A stretch of DNA of 19,263 bases, taken from the NCBI GenBank assembly GCA_038205935.1, contig JBBRBK010000036.1:1-19263 (forward strand). The letters run 5' to 3'. Below, one piece after another: positions 14,151 through 19,263 of the stretch (its first letter is position 1; each line of letters opens with the position of its first letter). The notes under the pieces are model-generated. The model ran no database searches, was not told where the DNA came from, and saw only the letters and a list, made by a program, of their open reading frames with translations. Made by a program: the position numbers and the translations under genes. This DNA comes from Campylobacterales bacterium (lineage in GTDB: Bacteria; Campylobacterota; Campylobacteria; Campylobacterales; Sulfurimonadaceae).

Positions 14151-17051
14151 TTAACTATTTAAGAGCACTTCAAACTCTCGTGCTGGCACAGGCTTACTTT
14201 TAAAATATCCCTGATACATCGTGCAGCCTTTTTCCTTTAAAAACTCTAACTGTTCAATGTGTTCAACACCCTCAGCGAGTACCTGAAATCCAAGAGCCTG
14301 TCCCATAGCGATGATCGCAGTTACTATCGCCATATCATCGGCTTCATAAGGAATATCATCTACAAAACTTTTATCGATTTTGAGCACATCTATGGGAAAA
14401 CGTTTGAGATAACTAAGAGAGGAATACCCTGTACCAAAATCATCTATTGCAAGTCTGATTCCCTTAGCTCGGAGACTATGGAGCATCTCTATCGTCTCCT
14501 CTTCTCTTTGCATCAATACGCTTTCTGTAAGTTCAAGTTCTAATCTTTTTGGATCATATCCACTCTTTTTAAGCGCATTTTCCACGATGAGTAGAACATT
14601 TGTATAGCGTACCTGATGTGCTGAAAGATTTACAGCCAATGTCAGACGATGGCCAAGATCAAGCCAGATTTTGCCCTGTCTACATGTATCATTTAAAACC
14701 CATTCCCCAATTTCGCTGATAAGACCGGTATCTTCAGCGATAGGGATAAATTCTACAGGAGAAACGATGCCACGAGTAGGATGGTTCCAACGTATAAGCG
14801 CTTCTGCGCCTACAATTCGTCCAGATGCAATATGTACTTGAGGCTGATAATAAACTTCAAACTCATTATTTGCTATAGCATGACGAAGTTGCGTTTCACA
14901 CTCAAGTCTTTTTCGTGAAAGTTGCGTCAACTCATCCGTATAGTAACGATAAGTTCCTCGTCCTTCTGCTTTAGATTTATATAAAGCCGCATCCCCATAT
15001 TGCATGAGAGTAGAAGCATCTTGTGCATTATCTGGAAATAAAACAATCCCGACACTTGAACCAATATGGACAGATACACCACAGGAGAGTTTATAATCCA
15101 TCGATAAACACTCTATCATCTCCTGTGCTAAACGTCCTGCATCTTCAGGGTAAGCAATGTTTTGAAGCACTATGGCAAATTCATCGCCGCCGAGACGACT
15201 GATAACATCACCCTCTCGAAGACGAGTAGAAAATCTCTGCGCTACGAGTTGCAAAAGTTCATCGCCGGCACTATGACCATAACTGTCATTAATATCTTTA
15301 AAACGATCCAAATCAAACATGAGTAAAGCTATCTGATGATTTACCCGTTTTGCGTGCTGAATGCTCTTATGAAGATGTGATACCAGCAAAGAACGATTGG
15401 CAAGACCAGTTAGAGGATCATAATTTGCTAAAGTTTCAAGACGCTGTTCATAGAGCTTTCTTTGTGTTATCTCCTGAACTGTTCCTATTCCAAAGATAAT
15501 ATTTCCCAACTCATCTTCTTCAAATCGTGCAAACTCGTGCACCCATTTTATCTTTCCATGTACGTTAATTCTATGCTCAATATCATATTTTCTTGTAAGC
15601 ATTGCTTCATTCCAAGCTTGCGTAACTTTTAGAACATCCTCGGGATAGATATATTCTAAAAGTATGTCATAAGTCATCATCAAACCTATTTCTAAACCAA
15701 ATATTCGATACGTTTCATCAGACCACTGTAAAATATTTGTTTTTATATCAAAATTCCAACTACCTATATGCGCTAGTGCTTGAGCGGCATTGAGATTGTC
15801 ATCTTTTGTTTGTAGCTCTTTTTCTTTTGCTTTTCGTTCACTTATATCACGATAAATTCCCATCAGATAATCTATATCTGAAATTCTTACAGCTATTACT
15901 TTAATTGACATATCAAGATTTTTTCCATCTTTTGTGCGATGGAGCGTTTCAAAACTGCCAAAACCATTTTGTAAAGTTATATTCATAGTTTCATTAATGT
16001 CCGAAGGTGTCATACTTTTTTCATAGTCTGTCACTCTAAGCTCGGCGAACTCTTCAGCCGTATATCCAAGTTGATTGTGTGCGGCTGTGTTAAACTCCAC
16101 AGCTTTGAGAGTTTGCGTATCGATTAGAACTACGCCTTCAGGAATCGCTTCAAACAACTTTTGATATTTCAGTTTGCTTGATTGAATCAGATTTTTTTCG
16201 TAACTCAGTTCTTTTCTTATCTCTTCAAGATCTTGAATTCTGTCATTTTTATTGTCAATAAGCTGAACTAAAAAATCAAAATAGCTTCCATGGACTGCAT
16301 GTAAAATATCATGACGGCTCAAAGAACCTATAAACTCCTGATTTTCATCTATCACAATCAGTTGATGTACACTGTGTTGTGCCATAAGGGCAGTTGCTTC
16401 ATACAAAGAAAGATCTTTTTTTACAACCTCAAAATTTTTATGTGCCAGACTCAAAGCGCTATTATCTTGTGACTCTTGCATATTGATACAAAAATATGCA
16501 ATATCACGCTCTGTCACAACACCCACAGGCTCTCTTGCATCTACCAATACAGCATAATCAGATTTATGATCTTTCATCAAAGATGCAGTTTCTGTGATGG
16601 AGGTTTGAGAGGGAATGAGAAGAGGCATTTTACTTATAACGTCTGCTACCACTTTCACTTTACTAAGCTCTTCAAAACCCATATGACGAAGAAAATCCCC
16701 CTCAGTGACAATGCCAACAAAACGCTTCATCTCGTCTACAACGACTAAATGACGATACGCTTTCTCTTCCATAATCATGTAAGCATCATGAAGATGAACA
16801 GATTCTTCTATACAAAAAGGGTTTTTACTCATAAGATTATTCAAAGAAGTATTGATATCAATATTTTCAGAAACTACACGAAGTGCATCATGTTCGGTAA
16901 AGATACCAATGGGCATCTCTTGTTCATCTACAATAATAACAGAACTGATTTTGTGCTCTGCCATAGATGTCAAAGCTTGAGAAAGAGTTTGAGTTGAGTA
17001 AAAACTTATTTTAGAAGAGGAAACGATCGATTTTAAAGTTATAAATTCCAA
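14151..17051 (-). CDS. CBS(x4)-PAS-PAS-GGDEF-EAL c-di-GMP enzyme
   Basis: CBS motifs GIFTEHD, GIVTEGD, GVVTERD and GSLSRHD. PAS regions. YDPLTGLANR, RLGGDEF with RxxD (REGD), EALIRW, ELTES, DDFGTGYSS, KIDKSF, AEGVE, QGY. TTG start. Confidence 0.93.
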   Translation of the reverse strand: MEFITLKSIVSSSKISFYSTQTLSQALTSMAEHKISSVIIVDEQEMPIGIFTEHDALRVVSENIDINTSLNNLMSKNPFCIEESVHLHDAYMIMEEKAYRHLVVVDEMKRFVGIVTEGDFLRHMGFEELSKVKVVADVISKMPLLIPSQTSITETASLMKDHKSDYAVLVDAREPVGVVTERDIAYFCINMQESQDNSALSLAHKNFEVVKKDLSLYEATALMAQHSVHQLIVIDENQEFIGSLSRHDILHAVHGSYFDFLVQLIDNKNDRIQDLEEIRKELSYEKNLIQSSKLKYQKLFEAIPEGVVLIDTQTLKAVEFNTAAHNQLGYTAEEFAELRVTDYEKSMTPSDINETMNITLQNGFGSFETLHRTKDGKNLDMSIKVIAVRISDIDYLMGIYRDISERKAKEKELQTKDDNLNAAQALAHIGSWNFDIKTNILQWSDETYRIFGLEIGLMMTYDILLEYIYPEDVLKVTQAWNEAMLTRKYDIEHRINVHGKIKWVHEFARFEEDELGNIIFGIGTVQEITQRKLYEQRLETLANYDPLTGLANRSLLVSHLHKSIQHAKRVNHQIALLMFDLDRFKDINDSYGHSAGDELLQLVAQRFSTRLREGDVISRLGGDEFAIVLQNIAYPEDAGRLAQEMIECLSMDYKLSCGVSVHIGSSVGIVLFPDNAQDASTLMQYGDAALYKSKAEGRGTYRYYTDELTQLSRKRLECETQLRHAIANNEFEVYYQPQVHIASGRIVGAEALIRWNHPTRGIVSPVEFIPIAEDTGLISEIGEWVLNDTCRQGKIWLDLGHRLTLAVNLSAHQVRYTNVLLIVENALKKSGYDPKRLELELTESVLMQREEETIEMLHSLRAKGIRLAIDDFGTGYSSLSYLKRFPIDVLKIDKSFVDDIPYEADDMAIVTAIIAMGQALGFQVLAEGVEHIEQLEFLKEKGCTMYQGYFKSKPVPAREFEVLLNS

Positions 17052-17117
17052 TATAAAACCTTACAGATAATAAATAAGGTTTATTGTAGCAAATAGTTCC
17101 AAAAAAAATAACACTAT

Positions 17118-17363
17118 TTAACCTTTGTAGAGTGTTATTTTTGCCTCACGCGAGAGTTGTTTGATAGCATATTCTCTCTTACATGCACTACTTCTATCTT
17201 CACACTCCTCTATATGTAAGAGTTTTACAGGTCTTCTAGCCCTTGTGTATTTTGCGCCTTTTGCAGAATTATTATGTTCATTAAGGCGTCTTTGCACATC
17301 TTTTGCTATACCTGTATACAAAGTTTTATCACTACACTCTAAAATATAAACAAAATACGACAT
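17118..17363 (-). CDS. GIY-YIG nuclease family protein (UPF0213/YhbQ-like)
   Basis: MSYFVYILECSDKTLYTG...RRLNEHN...GAKYTRARRP...E..IKQLSR..K. True start is ATG 17363; the ORF track's upstream extension overlaps the divergent gene. Confidence 0.9.
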   Translation of the reverse strand: MSYFVYILECSDKTLYTGIAKDVQRRLNEHNNSAKGAKYTRARRPVKLLHIEECEDRSSACKREYAIKQLSREAKITLYKG

Positions 17364-17489
17364 CGTAAACCTTACATGTAAGAGTATATATTCGCAAATC
17401 ATAACCAAAGAATGAGAAAATAAAAATTTAAGTGCGTGGATTGTCGGTAAATAGTATATGATTGCAAAATTATTTTTGGGAGAAACTCT

Positions 17490-18215
17490 TTGATACAGAT
17501 CAGTGAACATATATTTTGCGATGATTTTGTACAAGAGTGCTATATGGAAAGCCGTTTTTTTCCAAATCCCTATCTTGATTATCCTTTTTTGATTATAGAA
17601 AACTTTCTGACACAAGAGCAGTGCAATCTTGTCGTTACTGAAATTCAGCATAGTTCAAATGCCGCTCAGGCGATGGTTAAATCAAAAATCCTCAACAGTG
17701 TCGTCATTCCAAGCCTTCAAACAGAGATACGCCGCACCACTCTTTATAAACTTCCTGAGTATCTAGAAAGCATCTACCAAGAAAATTTTACAATACACCA
17801 AAATAAAATAGAAAACACATTTTCTATGGCACTTACAACAGCAACACAGATTCAAGCGCTTGAATATAAAGAAGGTGATTTTTATATCAAACACGCCGAT
17901 GATTCAAGTGAGATTTTAGATAAAGAGAAAAATACGGCAGGTTTTATCTGTGTGGCTCCACAAAGAAAACTTACGACAGTTTTATTTGTCTCTTCGCATG
18001 AAACAAAGAAAACTGACACTACTCTGCATAGTTTTAACGGTGGTGAACTCATTTTTAATTATCTTTATGACAAAGATGGCAAACAAGTAACACTTCAACC
18101 AAAAGCTGGTGACATGGTTGTTTTTCCTAGTAATCCTTGCTTTAGTCATGAAGTATTACCCGTCATATCTGGATATAGAGCAACTTTAGTGCAATGGCAT
18201 AATAGTATTAGCTAA
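17490..18215 (+). CDS. 2OG-Fe(II) oxygenase
   Basis: Y..GDFY..HAD (HxD), RKLT, F.GGEL.F, G..VVFPS, HEVLPV.SG.R. TTG start follows GGGAGA. Confidence 0.88.
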   Translation: MIQISEHIFCDDFVQECYMESRFFPNPYLDYPFLIIENFLTQEQCNLVVTEIQHSSNAAQAMVKSKILNSVVIPSLQTEIRRTTLYKLPEYLESIYQENFTIHQNKIENTFSMALTTATQIQALEYKEGDFYIKHADDSSEILDKEKNTAGFICVAPQRKLTTVLFVSSHETKKTDTTLHSFNGGELIFNYLYDKDGKQVTLQPKAGDMVVFPSNPCFSHEVLPVISGYRATLVQWHNSIS

Positions 18216-18257
18216 TTTTGACGATAAAATAAATGAAAATTTGAGTATAATTCCATC

Positions 18258-18467
18258 ATGAACGATAAAAAACAGCTTATTTTAGACATACAAAATCTTC
18301 TTAACAGTTATATTGGTATTAAAAAAACAGATATCAATCCTGCTTTACTTGAATTTATGGACGAAGAAACACTGAAGAATATCATCTCTGATCTGCTTTA
18401 TCAAAAAGAGCAAGAAAAAGATGTTGATTTAGAGTGGCTCGAACAATTCAAAAAATATATTTCTTAA
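18258..18467 (+). CDS. Small hypothetical protein
   Basis: 69-aa ORF with INP.LLEFMD and D.EWLEQFK. TATAAT lies 6 nt upstream of the ATG. Confidence 0.7.
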   Translation: MNDKKQLILDIQNLLNSYIGIKKTDINPALLEFMDEETLKNIISDLLYQKEQEKDVDLEWLEQFKKYIS

Positions 18468-18579
18468 ACTATTTTTATATAAATAAGTTAAATAACATTT
18501 TTATCTATTGCACTTTAATGTTTAGTTAACGAAAATAGCAATATAATATTGTAAACAAATTCCAACATGGAGAAAACAA

Positions 18580-19128
18580 ATGGCAAGTGTAGATCTCGTT
18601 CAGTTAACTGAACAAACAAAGAAATTAACTGCAATGGTAGTTGAAGACGAAGCAGTAGCAAATGAACTTCTAAGTTCAACTTTTAAAAACTTTTTCGCTG
18701 AAGTAAAATCTGCTTTCAATGGAAAAGAAGCTTTAGAAATGTATGAAAAAATGATACCAGATATCGTATTTTTGGACATTATAATGCCAGAAATGGATGG
18801 AATCGAACTAGCACGTCGTATACGTGAGATCAATCCAGATCAAATAGTAATCATTATCTCTGCAAGTAATGATATTCAAAAGATATCTGAATCAATTGAA
18901 ATTGGTGTAAACAGTTTTATCCAAAAACCGATCGATACAAAGAAAATTATAGAATTGATCTCAAACATCGTAAATATGATCAACAAAAAGAAAAAAATAG
19001 AAACAAAAACTTTTTCTATCTCTTTACCACTTGATCTTTATGAAATGGTCGATGATAATGCTAAAGCAGAAAGTATCTCTAAAAATGCAGTTATTATTAG
19101 AGCACTAAGAAGTTTTTACAACGACTAA
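18580..19128 (+). CDS. Response regulator: receiver domain plus C-terminal ribbon-helix-helix (CopG-like) domain
   Basis: VVEDE, FLDIIMPEMDG (phospho-Asp), IISA, FIQKP. C-terminus KTFSISLPLDLYEMVDDNAKAESISKNAVIIRAL fits the RHH pattern. SD GGAGA. Confidence 0.85.
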   Translation: MASVDLVQLTEQTKKLTAMVVEDEAVANELLSSTFKNFFAEVKSAFNGKEALEMYEKMIPDIVFLDIIMPEMDGIELARRIREINPDQIVIIISASNDIQKISESIEIGVNSFIQKPIDTKKIIELISNIVNMINKKKKIETKTFSISLPLDLYEMVDDNAKAESISKNAVIIRALRSFYND

Positions 19129-19170
19129 AAAAAACTCTCCGATTTTATATTTTTTTAAGATTTGAAAAGA

Positions 19171-19176
19171 TATAAT
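19171..19176 (+). promoter_or_regulatory. Putative -10 box of the tRNA promoter
   Basis: TATAAT 32 nt upstream of the tRNA, preceded by periodic T tracts. Confidence 0.55.
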
Positions 19177-19207
19177 TTCGGCTCAGATATAAACCATCTG
19201 TAAAGAT

Positions 19208-19263
19208 GGCTCCATCATCTAATGGTTAGGATTCAAGGTTTTCATCCTTGCCATAGGGGTTCA
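19208..19263 (+). tRNA. tRNA-Glu(TTC), truncated by the window end
   Basis: GGCTCCA acceptor 5' strand, D-arm ATCT-AATGGTT-AGGAT, anticodon stem CAAGG/CCTTG with loop TTTTCAT (TTC at 19241-19243), start of T-loop GGTTCA. Confidence 0.92.

Larger units (their letters stand above)
320..17382. repeat. Dispersed iterated palindrome (C)TTACATGTAA(G), core TACATGTA
   Basis: Core starts at 322, 2646, 2772, 5551, 7719, 9011, 9791, 12062, 12458, 13419, 13623, 14681 and 17373. Perfect CTTACATGTAAG at 2770, 9789, 12456, 13621 and 17371. Confidence 0.85.

Noticed and set aside
17118..17363. GIY-YIG as a homing endonuclease or mobile element
   Set aside because: It is a stand-alone 81-aa UPF0213-type protein with no intron or DNA-binding extension.
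17364..17651. N-terminal extension of the GIY-YIG ORF (177 aa in the track)
   Set aside because: It overlaps the divergent oxygenase, and family similarity begins at MSYFVYIL (ATG 17363).
19208..19263. tRNA-Glu as the integration site of an island covering the window
   Set aside because: No integrase or duplicated tRNA end is seen, and the window lies on the tRNA's 5' side.

Overview
Low-GC bacterial chromosome segment. Gene content and protein style suggest Campylobacterota (Sulfurimonas/Sulfuricurvum-like), which is an inference. The main result is a tightly packed four-gene + strand cluster (698-5498) that looks like a light-sensing c-di-GMP module. It encodes a winged-helix regulator fused to a Cys-less LOV-type domain, a Cys-rich PAS-GGDEF diguanylate cyclase, a BphO-type heme oxygenase, and a bacteriophytochrome (PAS-GAF-PHY) whose output is an HD-GYP phosphodiesterase plus a degenerate GGDEF. 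A second signal is independent of the genes: the palindrome TACATGTA occurs at least 13 times, 5 of them as the perfect 12-mer CTTACATGTAAG, both inside and between genes, resembling a highly iterated palindrome. The rest is a mosaic of accessory genes: FTR-like/TusA-like fusion, host-attachment-like protein, nnrS with an FNR-type box, transglutaminase-like protein, GNAT, slyD, a secreted DDRR-repeat protein, a decayed two-component system, nitroreductase, modE, CBS-PAS-GGDEF-EAL, GIY-YIG, 2OG-Fe(II) oxygenase and a REC-RHH regulator. Several gene remnants are present, and the window ends inside tRNA-Glu(TTC).
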